64,000 nt of DNA from an uncultured Planctomycetia bacterium (GTDB lineage Bacteria; Planctomycetota; MHYJ01; WSZJ01): assembly GCA_963706735.1 (NCBI GenBank), contig CAVPNQ010000161.1, forward strand, positions 14,756-78,755. Direction: 5' to 3'. Under the pieces are notes generated by a model. It saw only the letters and a program-made list of their open reading frames with translations, made no database searches and was not told the DNA's origin. Positions 18,855 to 28,274 of this stretch are shown piece after piece. How positions within the stretch are numbered: the stretch's first letter is position 1; the number at the start of each line of letters is the position of its first letter. The translations under genes and the position numbers were made by a program.

Positions 18855-20012
18855 CTACTTCCTCAACACCCTCACGCCCTCGTGCAGGAAACCGACGAGC
18901 GCATCGACCTCAGCCTCGGTGTTGAAACACCCGAAGCTGCAGCGAAGCGTGCCTTCGCCCGGCAGCGTTCCGATCGACTCGTGCGCGAGCGGGGAGCAGT
19001 GGTAGCCGGCGCGCGTGACGACGTCGTGCGTCTCGGCGAGCCAGGCGGCGAGGTCGCGCGGGTTCACGCGGGCGGCGTTGAGCGAGACCACGCTCGTGCG
19101 CGCCTCCAGGTTATTCGTGCCGTAGACCGTCAGGCCGTCGATCTTCTCGAGTCCCTTCAGGAAGCGCGCGCACAGGGCCTGCTCCGTCCGGTGGATCCAC
19201 TCGCGGCCCTTCTCGGAAATCCACTTCACGCCTTCGGCCATCGCCGCGATCGCCGGGACGTTGTGCGTGCCGGCTTCGAAGGCGTGGGGGAAGCCGGGGA
19301 GGTTGTCGTGCTTGCCGGAGTCGCGGCCGGTGCCGCCTTCGAGCCAGGGCTTGAGGTCGGCGGTGGGGGCGATGTAGAGGAGGCCGACGCCGGGGGGGCC
19401 GAAGAGTCCCTTGTGGCCGGCGGCGGCGAAGAGATCGCAGCCGAGGGTGGCGAGGTTGACGTCGAGGACGCCGGCGGACTGGGCGCCGTCGAGGAGGCAG
19501 AGGGCGCCGTGGCGGTGGGCGAGGTCCACGATGGTTTTCGAGGGGAAGATGTCGCCGGTGACGTTGGAGGCCATGGTCATGGCGACGAGGCGGACGCGGC
19601 CGCGCTGGAGCGTGGACTCGAGCCAGTCGAGATCGACGGGGCGGTCGGGCGTGTACGGGGAGACTTCGAGGCGCGCGCCGCGGTCCTTTACGGCCCGGCG
19701 CGCGGGGCGGGACACCGCGTGGTGCTCGAGGCCGCTGATGACGATGACGTCGCCGGACTGCCAGGGGAGGCCGCGGATCGCCTGGTTGAGCGAAGCGGTG
19801 CACCCGGGCGAGAACAGCAGTCGCGACGGGTCGGGCGCGTTGAGGAACTTCGCGACGACGGCGCGGGGGGCGGCGAGGGCGTCGGCGCCGCGCGGGGCGG
19901 CCTTGGTGCTCGACCGGCTCGTCACGCCCGCGTCCCGCAGCGCGCGGTCGGCGGTCTGGTAGACGGGCTCGGGTTTCGGCCAGGTCGTGGCGGCGTTGTT
20001 CGCGTAGATCAT
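18855..20012 (-). CDS. Class V aminotransferase-fold PLP enzyme (cysteine desulfurase family)
   Basis: Motif AAGHKGLFGPPGVG (PLP lysine); 385 aa; C-terminal GYHCSPLAHE region. Confidence 0.9.
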   Translation of the reverse strand: MIYANNAATTWPKPEPVYQTADRALRDAGVTSRSSTKAAPRGADALAAPRAVVAKFLNAPDPSRLLFSPGCTASLNQAIRGLPWQSGDVIVISGLEHHAVSRPARRAVKDRGARLEVSPYTPDRPVDLDWLESTLQRGRVRLVAMTMASNVTGDIFPSKTIVDLAHRHGALCLLDGAQSAGVLDVNLATLGCDLFAAAGHKGLFGPPGVGLLYIAPTADLKPWLEGGTGRDSGKHDNLPGFPHAFEAGTHNVPAIAAMAEGVKWISEKGREWIHRTEQALCARFLKGLEKIDGLTVYGTNNLEARTSVVSLNAARVNPRDLAAWLAETHDVVTRAGYHCSPLAHESIGTLPGEGTLRCSFGCFNTEAEVDALVGFLHEGVRVLRK

Positions 20013-20070
20013 GAGGGGCGGGATTCTAAGCGAAGAGCCCGATTCTCTTCCCTACTTCTGGCCCTATTGC

Positions 20071-20262
20071 GTGGGGGCCGGGAGGGGAAACGGCAAAGGC
20101 AAAACGGAGAACCCTCAAGCAAACGACAAAAGGCAAACGACAAGTCGGGCAGTGCGTCGAGTGGTTGCCGGGTGGCATCATCCGGGAATTGTGTTCTCTG
20201 TTTTGCTTTTGGCGTTTGGTTTGCGTTTCGCAGTTTTGAGTTTGCCTTTTCGCGGCCATGGC
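20071..20262. repeat. Palindromic intergenic element A1 (A family, + orientation)
   Basis: gggaggggaaacggcaaaggcaaaacggagaaccctcaagcaaacgacaaaaggcaaacgacaag / core caagtcgggcagtgcgtcgagtggttgccggg (20141-20172) / gttctctgttttgcttttggcgtttggtttgcgtttcgcagttttgagtttgccttttcgcgg. Confidence 0.9.
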
Positions 20263-20289
20263 TCCGTGCTTGTCCCGGTTTCCCCCGGT

Positions 20290-20859
20290 ATGATCGCTCC
20301 CATGAAATGCACCGAAGAACTGAAACGCGAGCACATCCATATCAAGGCCGCGCTCTGCGTTCTTGAGACCATCGCGGGCCGGCTGGAGACGGGGGCGGCC
20401 GTCGCGGACGCGGACCTCGATGCCCTGATCGAGTTCCTGTCGATCTACGCGGACAAGTGCCACCACGCGAAGGAAGAGGACTGCCTGTTCCCGGCGCTCC
20501 TCGCGAAGGGAATGCCGAAGGAGGGCGGGCCGATCGGGATCATGCTCGAAGAGCACGTCACGGGGCGGGGGTTCATCGGGAAGATGCGCGAGGGGATGGC
20601 CGGGCGGCGCGCGGGTGCGCCGGACGCTTCGAAGAAGTTCGCGATGGCCGCGCGCGGGTACGTCGGACTGCTGCGCGAGCACATCGAGAAGGAAGACGAC
20701 ATGCTCTTCCCGATGGCGGACGACGTGATGGCGCGGGACGAGGACCTGAAAATGTCGCAGCAGTTCGAGGTCTTCGAGATCGAGCGGATCGGCGCGGGGC
20801 GGCACGAACAGCTCGAGGCCGCGGTGGCGCGGTTGGAGAAGGCGTACCCGCCCGCGTAG
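20290..20859 (+). CDS. Hemerythrin-domain protein
   Basis: His/Glu metal-ligand motifs EHIHIK, CHHAKEEDCLFP, LEEHV and REHIEKEDDMLFP. An alternative ATG lies at 20302. Confidence 0.8.
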   Translation: MIAPMKCTEELKREHIHIKAALCVLETIAGRLETGAAVADADLDALIEFLSIYADKCHHAKEEDCLFPALLAKGMPKEGGPIGIMLEEHVTGRGFIGKMREGMAGRRAGAPDASKKFAMAARGYVGLLREHIEKEDDMLFPMADDVMARDEDLKMSQQFEVFEIERIGAGRHEQLEAAVARLEKAYPPA

Positions 20860-20862
20860 CCC

Positions 20863-22677
20863 TTACTTCTCGCCCAGCATCCGCGCCCTCACGAAGCACA
20901 CCCACACCTCCGGACCCTTCGCCCCCGCCCTCGCCGCCGTCGCCGCCACGAACGCCTTCCCGTCCGCAACCTGGATGTCGCACGCCAGCGGCATCTCCGC
21001 GCAGCCGGGCGTCTGGACCGCCCCTCCGGCAACCGCGCCGGTCTCCAGCGCCGCTTCGAGCGAGGCCTGAGCAAATTCCGATCGCAGGCCGACGCGCAGG
21101 AGGCCGTCGGCGGCCGGAAGCACCACCGCGTTGAGCAGCAGCCCGTCGTTCAGGACCTCGACGACCGGGTCCCAGGCCTTCGCCGCCTCGGCGATCTCGA
21201 CGTCGTGGTCCGCCACGAAGGAAGCATGGCGGCCGCGAAGCGCGTAGAACGGGCTGCCCGAACGGCCGAGGGCGGAAGCGGACGCGACGAGGCGCGCGGC
21301 GCCCTTTTCCGGGAGCAGGAGGAGTTCGTCGAAGAGCGCGTCCGGGATTCCCTTCGGGCGTTCGAGGACGTCGCGGCGGGAGAGCCATTCGGATTCGGGG
21401 AACGCGACCAGCCACGATTCGAGCGAGACGTTCGTGCCGATCAAGGGCTCGGTCGTGTCCAGCGCCCGCGCGATCGCTTCCTGTGCTTCCACGGGCGCGC
21501 GGACGACGAGCTGGTCGCCCAGGATCGCGACGTCGCGCCCGGCTTCCTCCCACACGGACTCGGCGACCTGGATTTTCACCCAGTCGATGATGGCGTCGCC
21601 CCAGGGCTGCTCCCCGTCGGTGCAGACGGGGCAGATCGCCGAAGGCAGGTCCGCTTCCATGGGGTCGGCCAGGCCGAGGACGGGGGGATGGACGTCGTCC
21701 CACGGAAGATGGAGGAAGGCGCTGATGTTCCAGGCGCGGAAGATGTCGCCCGGCCCCGCAGAGGCGGCGAGGTTTCCGGCGGCGCCTTCGACGCGGGCGC
21801 GGGCGAGGACGAGAGTGACCCGGCCCGGGGTGCCCGGACGGAAGTCGGTGGCGGACAGGAGGAGAGTCTTCCCCGGCGTGGCGACGAAGCAGGTGCGGAG
21901 TTCGTCGGCGTCGAGGCGGGGGAGTTCGAGGAGGCCGCCGGAGGCCGCGGGGAGGACGAAGGGCGCCATCTCGGCCACGTGCGCGGCCTGGAGAAGGAGT
22001 TCCAGGCTGAGCGAATCCCCGCCGGCGGCAAAGTGCGGGCGGAACTCGAGGATCGAGCCTTCGAGAAGCGTCTCGACGACGGGATCGGCGACGGTCGCGT
22101 GCTGCGCGATTTCGATGTCGAAGTCCGCGACGTACGTCCGGCGCCGCAGGGACGACGCCACGCCGTAGCGGTCCGCCGCCGCGCGGGCGACCAGCCGGTG
22201 CAGGACCCGGCCCTGCGCCTTGTCGCGCGCCGCCGCCCGCAGCGCCTCGGCCGTCTTGTCCTCGAGCGCGCCGGGCGTGAGGCCCGCGGCCGTCGCGGAA
22301 GCGACCTCCAGGATCTCGACCTCCAGCTCGACGGTCCGCGCCGCGCGCGCCTTCAATTCGGCCAGCAGCCCGCCGATGGCCGCGATGTCCTCCGCGCTGG
22401 CCGTCGCGCTCAGCACTCCGCCCCGCAGTTCCAGCCGGTTCAGGTTGTCGTCCCAGCCGTTCACGTTCACGGTGCCGCGGATCCATTCGAGGATCGTTTC
22501 CCCGTCGGTCATCCACCGATCCTCCGTCGCTCCCTCCGCGGGCCTGAACCCGATCCTCACCGCGCGCCCCTCCCGGTCGGGACACTCCAGCCCGCGGATG
22601 TCCCACTCGCGGGATTCCTCGGCGCGGAGGGCGGAAGCGCCGCAGAGGACGGCCAGGCAGACGAGGATCGTGCGCAT
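20863..22677 (-). CDS. Secreted two-module protein with secretin-like modules (paralog A)
   Basis: Signal peptide MRTILVCLAVLCGASALRAEE. Two modules each end in the D-x-D-[IV]-E-I-A...DP...G..L motif. The start overlaps the stop of paralog B by 1 nt (TGATG). Confidence 0.7.
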   Translation of the reverse strand: MRTILVCLAVLCGASALRAEESREWDIRGLECPDREGRAVRIGFRPAEGATEDRWMTDGETILEWIRGTVNVNGWDDNLNRLELRGGVLSATASAEDIAAIGGLLAELKARAARTVELEVEILEVASATAAGLTPGALEDKTAEALRAAARDKAQGRVLHRLVARAAADRYGVASSLRRRTYVADFDIEIAQHATVADPVVETLLEGSILEFRPHFAAGGDSLSLELLLQAAHVAEMAPFVLPAASGGLLELPRLDADELRTCFVATPGKTLLLSATDFRPGTPGRVTLVLARARVEGAAGNLAASAGPGDIFRAWNISAFLHLPWDDVHPPVLGLADPMEADLPSAICPVCTDGEQPWGDAIIDWVKIQVAESVWEEAGRDVAILGDQLVVRAPVEAQEAIARALDTTEPLIGTNVSLESWLVAFPESEWLSRRDVLERPKGIPDALFDELLLLPEKGAARLVASASALGRSGSPFYALRGRHASFVADHDVEIAEAAKAWDPVVEVLNDGLLLNAVVLPAADGLLRVGLRSEFAQASLEAALETGAVAGGAVQTPGCAEMPLACDIQVADGKAFVAATAARAGAKGPEVWVCFVRARMLGEK

Positions 22678-24479
22678 CAGCGGACCTCCGGGAAGCGGAC
22701 CCGAACGAGGAGAACCAGGCATTCCGCGCGTCCGTCGGCGCCCTCGCGGGCGGCCTCGGCCGCGACGGTCCATTCGCCGGCCTTGAGCCCCATCACGCAC
22801 TTCGCCTCCAGCAGCTCGATCGACGTCAGGTCGATGTCGCCGCCCGGCACCGTTCCCGTCCCGGCCTGTTCGATCTTCGCGCGCCACCCGAACTGCGCTT
22901 CCAGTTCCACCCGCGCGCGCCCGGCGTCGTCCGCTTCGCACGGCCGAGCGTTGAGCGCGAGCCCTTCCGTGAACACGTCGCTCACGGGATCGCTCGCGCC
23001 GGCGCCCTCCGCGATCTCGACGTCGCGGTCGCGGACGAAGAGCGACTCGGCGCCGGCGAACGAGGAGGCGCGCTGCCCCGGGAGGCCCAGGGCGCTCGCG
23101 CGCGCGACGACCCGGGCGGTTTCGCCCTTGCGCGCCAGCGCGAGCAGGTCCGCGGCCGGCAGGCTGCCGCGGGTGGCGGCGTCCACGGCGACGACCGCGA
23201 CATCGACCGCGGAACGGCGCAGGCGCGGCTTCGCGAGCGTCTTCAAGTACGTTTCCGTGGCATCGAGAAGCGGCTCCGAAGCGGTCGCGAGCACGCGGCC
23301 CGGCTGCGTCTCGAGGCTGACCCCGTCTGCGCTCCACGCGTCCCCGCCCGTTTCCCGGACGATGAGTTCCTCCAGCGCCTCGGCGTCGATGCCCGCGCAC
23401 TCCGGGTCCTCCAGCATGTTCACCACGACTTCCGTGCCCTCGACCGGACGGAGATCCAGCGTTCGCTTCCACGCGTCCTGAAAGTTCGCGGTAAGAGCTC
23501 CGGCTTCCAGTAGCCGCAGCTTCACGCCCTCGGTCCCCGTGGCGAGGTCGCCCATTGGGTCCTCGACTCGCCGCGCCTGGAGGAGAACGGCGAGCGTCCA
23601 GCCGTCCTCGATCCCCGTCACGCCGCCCGGCACCAGCAGCACCGTCCGGCCCGAAGGACACGGCCACGTCCCGCCGGTCGCGAAGAAGCCGCGCGACGGC
23701 AGCTGGAGCTTTCCCTCCGGCTCCGTCTTCCCGTCGAACTCCCGGACCGTCCCGGGACGCGCGCAGGAGAAGCGGTAGTCCACCAGGATCGTCGCGCCGT
23801 CCGGCGCAAAGCACGGGCGGATCTCGAGCACCGTCCCGTCGAGCACCTGCCGCGAAACCGGGTCGGCGATGACCGAGTCCATCGCGATCTCAATGTCGAA
23901 GTCCGTCAGCAGCCGCCGCTGCCGCACGTCCGCCGCATGCCCCAGCACCCCCGGCAACCCCGCCACGCGCAGCACCCCCACCGTCCGCCCGCGCTTCCCG
24001 CCTGCCGCCGCCTCCCGAAGCGCCCTGTCCTGCGCTTCGGAGAGCACCCCGGCCTCCGCCCCCGCTTCCTCGAGCATCCCGGGGGCGAGGAGCAGCACGT
24101 GGGCATCGACGACGGCGCGCCGCGACCCCGCCCGCGCCAGCACGCTCAGGACGGCGGCGATGCGGGCATGAAGAGCCGCCGTCTGCCGGACTTCGAGCCA
24201 GCCGCCGGCGAGTTCCATCGAGGCGTCGTCCGCGCCCCAGGCGTCCGGGCCCAGGAGGTTTTCGAGAAGCGACGTCAGCGTCTCGCCGTCGAACGCCGGA
24301 AAGAACTCGACGCCCTCGTCGATCCGCCGCGGCCCGCCGCGACCGAGTTCCAGCCGCGGCCCCGGCCGGTCCTGCTCGGCCCGGATGAGCGCGCGCACAT
24401 CGTAGACCCGCGAGACGTAATCCGACTCCTGCGCGAAGGTTACGGCGGCGCAGAGCAGAAGTGCCGCGAGCGGTCGCAT
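22677..24479 (-). CDS. Secreted two-module protein with secretin-like modules (paralog B)
   Basis: Signal peptide MRPLAALLLCAAVTFAQE. Same two-module layout and motifs as paralog A. Confidence 0.7.
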   Translation of the reverse strand: MRPLAALLLCAAVTFAQESDYVSRVYDVRALIRAEQDRPGPRLELGRGGPRRIDEGVEFFPAFDGETLTSLLENLLGPDAWGADDASMELAGGWLEVRQTAALHARIAAVLSVLARAGSRRAVVDAHVLLLAPGMLEEAGAEAGVLSEAQDRALREAAAGGKRGRTVGVLRVAGLPGVLGHAADVRQRRLLTDFDIEIAMDSVIADPVSRQVLDGTVLEIRPCFAPDGATILVDYRFSCARPGTVREFDGKTEPEGKLQLPSRGFFATGGTWPCPSGRTVLLVPGGVTGIEDGWTLAVLLQARRVEDPMGDLATGTEGVKLRLLEAGALTANFQDAWKRTLDLRPVEGTEVVVNMLEDPECAGIDAEALEELIVRETGGDAWSADGVSLETQPGRVLATASEPLLDATETYLKTLAKPRLRRSAVDVAVVAVDAATRGSLPAADLLALARKGETARVVARASALGLPGQRASSFAGAESLFVRDRDVEIAEGAGASDPVSDVFTEGLALNARPCEADDAGRARVELEAQFGWRAKIEQAGTGTVPGGDIDLTSIELLEAKCVMGLKAGEWTVAAEAAREGADGRAECLVLLVRVRFPEVR

Positions 24480-24570
24480 GGCGCGTCCCCCAGGTGTGGT
24501 CGAAGCGTGTCCCCCGGAACATCAGACGGGGGAGAGGGGGCGCGGGTCAAGGGCATTTCGGATTTCGAGG

Positions 24571-27423
24571 CTACGTCGTCCTTGCGGGCCGCACGCAAAC
24601 CCTCACCCCGTAATACCTCGTCGCCGTCTCCGGCACGAACGCCCTCCGGTAGCAGATCCGCGCGTTGTTCGGCCCGATGAACCAGGCCCCTCCGCGGAGT
24701 GCGCGGTAGTGGCGGTACGGCAACTCGGGGCCGTTAAGGAGCCAGTTGGAGGCGGCCCCCGCCATGTCGCGGACGCCGTAGGGGGACTCGTCGGCGGGGA
24801 AGCTGCCGACGGGGCGGAGGCGGGGGCCTTCGGGGAGGGAGCCGGCGACCTGGGCGAAGCTCCAGTCGAACTCGTCGCCGAAGGGGTAGATGCGGCGGTC
24901 CACGCCACGGGCGGTCTTCTCCCACTCGTCCTCGACGGGGAGGGAGTACGCGATGCCGTCGCGGGCGGAGCGCCAGTTGGCGTAGGCGACGGCGTCGGTC
25001 CAGGCGACGCCGATGAGGGGGAAGTCGGCAGACGACAGCGCCGAGGGCTCGCCCGGGGGCGCGAGGTCGAACCGGTCGCTGCCGAATGCCAGGAACCGCT
25101 CCGTCCCCTCGCGGGGCGCCCGCGCGTGCGCTTCCCCGAACTCCCCCCGGGCGCAGAGGTCGTTCAGGAACGCGAGGTACTCGCCCGCGGTGACGGAAAA
25201 CCGCGCGACGAAGATGTCCCGGGTGCGCAGCTCCGCTTCCTCGGTCCCCCCCGCGAACACGCCGCCCCACGAGAACGGCCCTGCGGGGACCTGCACGAAC
25301 CCCGCCGGGATGTCCTCCGGTCGGTAGAGCGCGACGTCCTGGTCCCAGGGTTCGCCGCGGCGGATGAGGACGGGGAAGTGCACCGGCGCGAAGCCCTTGG
25401 CGAGGATCGAGCAGCGCCAGGAGCCGGGGGGGAGCTGGAGGCCGGTGATCGGCGTGCGGCCGACGGACCGTTCAGGGCCCGGCACGAGCCGCATGTCCCT
25501 CGTTTCGTACCGCGCGACGCGGACTTCCGCCCCCGGGATCGGCGTCGTCAGGCAGCCGGGGGAGTGCCCCCAGCGGCGCATTCCGTCCGGGACGCGCTGC
25601 TCCGGCACCATCCGGTCGCCGGGGAGCGGCTCGAGGCCGCGGATGCCGGCGCCGTCGCGCCAGACGAGCGTCAGGTCGTGCGGCGTGTCCGCCCGCCACC
25701 CCGGCGTCCGCACCGGCACCAGGCAGCGGCAGCCGTACGCCACTGCACTCACCGACAGCCGCCCGGGCGCGTCCAGCCGCCCCGCCCGCCCCAGGTGCGC
25801 CACCTGGTTGCGCAGCAGCAGCTCCTCCCCGCGGTCCCGCCGCTTCTCCGCCTCCGCCAGCCGCGCGAGGTAAAGGTCGCACAGCCCGTCCGCCGCCTCC
25901 TCGCACCCCGCGTCCACCGCCCGCGCCTGCCCGAACTCCGCCGCCGCCCCCGCGTAGGCCGCGATCCGCTCCTCCTCCAGCTCCCGAACCTTCCCGCGCG
26001 CCGCCCACAGCGGCCGCTTCGTCTCCGCCTCCCCGTGCCGCGGGATCGCTTCCTCCAGCCGCGCCACCTCCGCGTGCTGGTCGCGGATCGCCAACTCCAG
26101 CGCGTGGTACCGCGCGAGCAACGCCCTTCCCGCCGAGACCCGCGCCGCCGCTTCCTTCGCGCGGCGCTCCTTTTCGCGGACGCCGTCGATGAAGAGCTGG
26201 AGTTCGCGGTGCATCTCGAGGGCGTCCTGGAAGCGATCGCCGCGGTGGTAGGCCATGGCCTTCATGCAGAGGGCGTCGAGCTCGGGGGGGACGGGGTCGG
26301 GGGCGGAGCGGCCCGAGGCGGCGGTGCGGCGGACGCGTTCGGACGGCGTGTCGAGGAGGCCGGTACGGACGATTTCGATCGCTTCCTTGACGGTGGCGGC
26401 GACGACGGGCGCCTGCCAGGTGAGCACGGCGTAGAGGATGCCGCCGAGGGAGTAGATGTCGCTGCGCGTGTCGAGCTCGTCGAGACGCCCCTCGGCCTGC
26501 TCGGGCGGCATGTAGGCCGGCGTGCCGATCACGCTGCCCTCCATCGTCAGGTGCGTGGACTCCACGCCGGCCTTGTCCGGCCCCGCGTCCGGCCGCAGGT
26601 CCTCCGCCTCGCCCATCACCTTCGCCAGCCCCCAGTCCACCACGAGCGTCTCGCCGAACTCGCCGACCATCACGTTCGAGGGCTTCAGGTCGCGGTGAAT
26701 CACGCCCTTCGAATGCGCATACGCAATCCCCAGGCACACGTCCTGCACCACGCCCAGCAGCCGCCCGCGCGTCCACGCCGTCCGCGTCGCCACGTCCCCC
26801 GCTTCCAGCGCCCGCAAGAGCTGCAGCAGGTCGCGCCCACGGATGCGCTTCATGCAGAGGTACAGCTTCCGCCCCCCCGCGCCGTCGCTCATCGCGCCGA
26901 AGTCGTACGTCGGGACGATCACGGGGTGCTCGAGGCGCGCGGCGAGGCGGGCTTCCCTCATGAAGCGTTCCTCGTCGTGCGTCGTGGCGCCTTCCTTGAG
27001 CATCTTGAGCGCGACGTTGCGCGCGAGGTCGCGGTCTTCGGCCTCGAAGACGCGCCCGAGCCCGCCGCTGGCGATCGGCGCGCCGAGCTGGTAGCGCTCG
27101 CCCTGCGGCGCCGCCTGGAACGCCGGGCCGCGAGAACGGCGGGTGGGGAGCGAGGCCAGCCAGCCGCGCGCGCCGGGCGGCAGGTCGAGCGAGAGCATCG
27201 CCGAGCGCAGCCCGGAGTCGATCGACCGCGGGATCCCGCCATCGACGGCTTCCAGCACCGACGACGCGCAGTCGTCGTCCAGCTCCGCGGCGAGCCGAAC
27301 GCGTTTCTCCAGCCCGTCCCCTCCCATCAGGCTCGCTGCCAGCGCTTCCAGCACCTGCTCCGGCGTCGCCAGGCTCATATCGAGGGCGGCGAGGGCGAAG
27401 CGGAGTTGGGGTTCGAGGGACAT
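24571..27423 (-). CDS. Ser/Thr protein kinase fused to a C-terminal FGE-sulfatase (SUMF1) domain
   Basis: Kinase motifs ASGGLGRVF, VALKML, HRDLKPSNVMV, DWGLAK and GTPAYMPPE, then a coiled middle region. The C-terminal FGE-type domain has GFVQVPAGPFSWGG and ALRGGAWF. Confidence 0.9.
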   Translation of the reverse strand: MSLEPQLRFALAALDMSLATPEQVLEALAASLMGGDGLEKRVRLAAELDDDCASSVLEAVDGGIPRSIDSGLRSAMLSLDLPPGARGWLASLPTRRSRGPAFQAAPQGERYQLGAPIASGGLGRVFEAEDRDLARNVALKMLKEGATTHDEERFMREARLAARLEHPVIVPTYDFGAMSDGAGGRKLYLCMKRIRGRDLLQLLRALEAGDVATRTAWTRGRLLGVVQDVCLGIAYAHSKGVIHRDLKPSNVMVGEFGETLVVDWGLAKVMGEAEDLRPDAGPDKAGVESTHLTMEGSVIGTPAYMPPEQAEGRLDELDTRSDIYSLGGILYAVLTWQAPVVAATVKEAIEIVRTGLLDTPSERVRRTAASGRSAPDPVPPELDALCMKAMAYHRGDRFQDALEMHRELQLFIDGVREKERRAKEAAARVSAGRALLARYHALELAIRDQHAEVARLEEAIPRHGEAETKRPLWAARGKVRELEEERIAAYAGAAAEFGQARAVDAGCEEAADGLCDLYLARLAEAEKRRDRGEELLLRNQVAHLGRAGRLDAPGRLSVSAVAYGCRCLVPVRTPGWRADTPHDLTLVWRDGAGIRGLEPLPGDRMVPEQRVPDGMRRWGHSPGCLTTPIPGAEVRVARYETRDMRLVPGPERSVGRTPITGLQLPPGSWRCSILAKGFAPVHFPVLIRRGEPWDQDVALYRPEDIPAGFVQVPAGPFSWGGVFAGGTEEAELRTRDIFVARFSVTAGEYLAFLNDLCARGEFGEAHARAPREGTERFLAFGSDRFDLAPPGEPSALSSADFPLIGVAWTDAVAYANWRSARDGIAYSLPVEDEWEKTARGVDRRIYPFGDEFDWSFAQVAGSLPEGPRLRPVGSFPADESPYGVRDMAGAASNWLLNGPELPYRHYRALRGGAWFIGPNNARICYRRAFVPETATRYYGVRVCVRPARTT

Positions 27424-27469
27424 GGGAGCATGCTAAGAACTGCGGCGGACTTCGCGCACGAACCTTCGG

Positions 27470-27649
27470 GTGCATGGCCGCGAAAAGGCAAACTCAAAAC
27501 TGCGAAACGCAAACCAAACGCCAAAAGCAAAACGGAGAAGACAATTCACGGACGCAAGCCAATCGTCGACCTGCCTGACTTGTCGTTTGCAGTTTGTCGT
27601 TTGCTTGAGGGTTCTCCTTTTTGCGTTTGCCCTTTCCCTCCCGTCCACC
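27470..27649. repeat. Palindromic intergenic element A2 (A family, reverse orientation)
   Basis: Reverse complement aligns end to end with A1 and A3. The outer arms are near-identical, e.g. cgaaaaggcaaactcaaaactgcgaaacgcaaaccaaacgccaaaagcaaaac. The core lies at 27549-27582. Confidence 0.9.
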
Positions 27650-27739
27650 CCGCACTCCCAGCCCGCACCCCCTTGGGCGAACCACCTTGTTCCTCCCCCC
27701 CCGCGCGGCTAGAATCGCCCCTCCAAGGAGAGGATCGCC

Positions 27740-28264
27740 ATGGAAGAGCCACAGCAGCAGGTTGCACCTCCGGCGGCGCCCGCGGCGGCGGACGGGCGGC
27801 TGGACAAGCTGGTGGAGAAGATCGGGATCCTCGAGCAGCTCTTCGTGAAGCGCATCAAGGACGACGGGGTGCATGCGGCGGCGTACAGTTCGCTGCACCA
27901 GGAGATGTCGAAGTACCGGGACGACGCGTTCCGTGGGGCGCAGAAGCCGCTGTTGAAGGGGCTGGTGCTGTTGTACGACACGATGAAGAGGTCGCTGTCG
28001 GGGATGGGGGAAGGGCCGGCGCGGGAGGCGGTGGAGTTGCATGTGGAGGAGTTGCTGGAGCTGATGCACCGGCACGAGGTGGAGAAGATGTCGGAGGTGC
28101 CTGCGAAGTACGACAAGGGGGTGCAGCAGGCGCTGGGGACGGAGCCTGCGGCGACGGCGGGGGAGGACCAGGCGGTGGTGAGGGTGGTGAGGGACGGGTT
28201 TCGGTGGAACGGGAGCGTTTTGAGGCCGCAAGAAGTTGTGATCAAGACTTTCCGCCCGGCGTAG
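27740..28264 (+). CDS. GrpE-like nucleotide-exchange factor (short form)
   Basis: 174 aa. Helical region LLKGLVLLYDTMKRSL, then a C-terminal beta domain ...VVRVVRDGFRWNGSVLRPQEVVIK matching the GrpE C-terminal pattern. RBS aaggagag. Confidence 0.7.
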   Translation: MEEPQQQVAPPAAPAAADGRLDKLVEKIGILEQLFVKRIKDDGVHAAAYSSLHQEMSKYRDDAFRGAQKPLLKGLVLLYDTMKRSLSGMGEGPAREAVELHVEELLELMHRHEVEKMSEVPAKYDKGVQQALGTEPAATAGEDQAVVRVVRDGFRWNGSVLRPQEVVIKTFRPA

Positions 28265-28274
28265 ACGAACGAGA

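Noticed and set aside
18855-20012. The class V aminotransferase as a selenocysteine lyase functionally linked to the candidate selenoprotein
   Set aside because: It is 15 kb away and the family is generic (cysteine desulfurase-like). Nothing in the sequence distinguishes Se from S specificity.
20863-23814. A single 983-aa protein, as listed in the ORF track
   Set aside because: The first 379 codons are low-complexity Arg/Gly-rich and overlap the 3' half of the well-formed upstream paralog in another frame. A clean signal peptide starts at 22677, exactly at the upstream stop.
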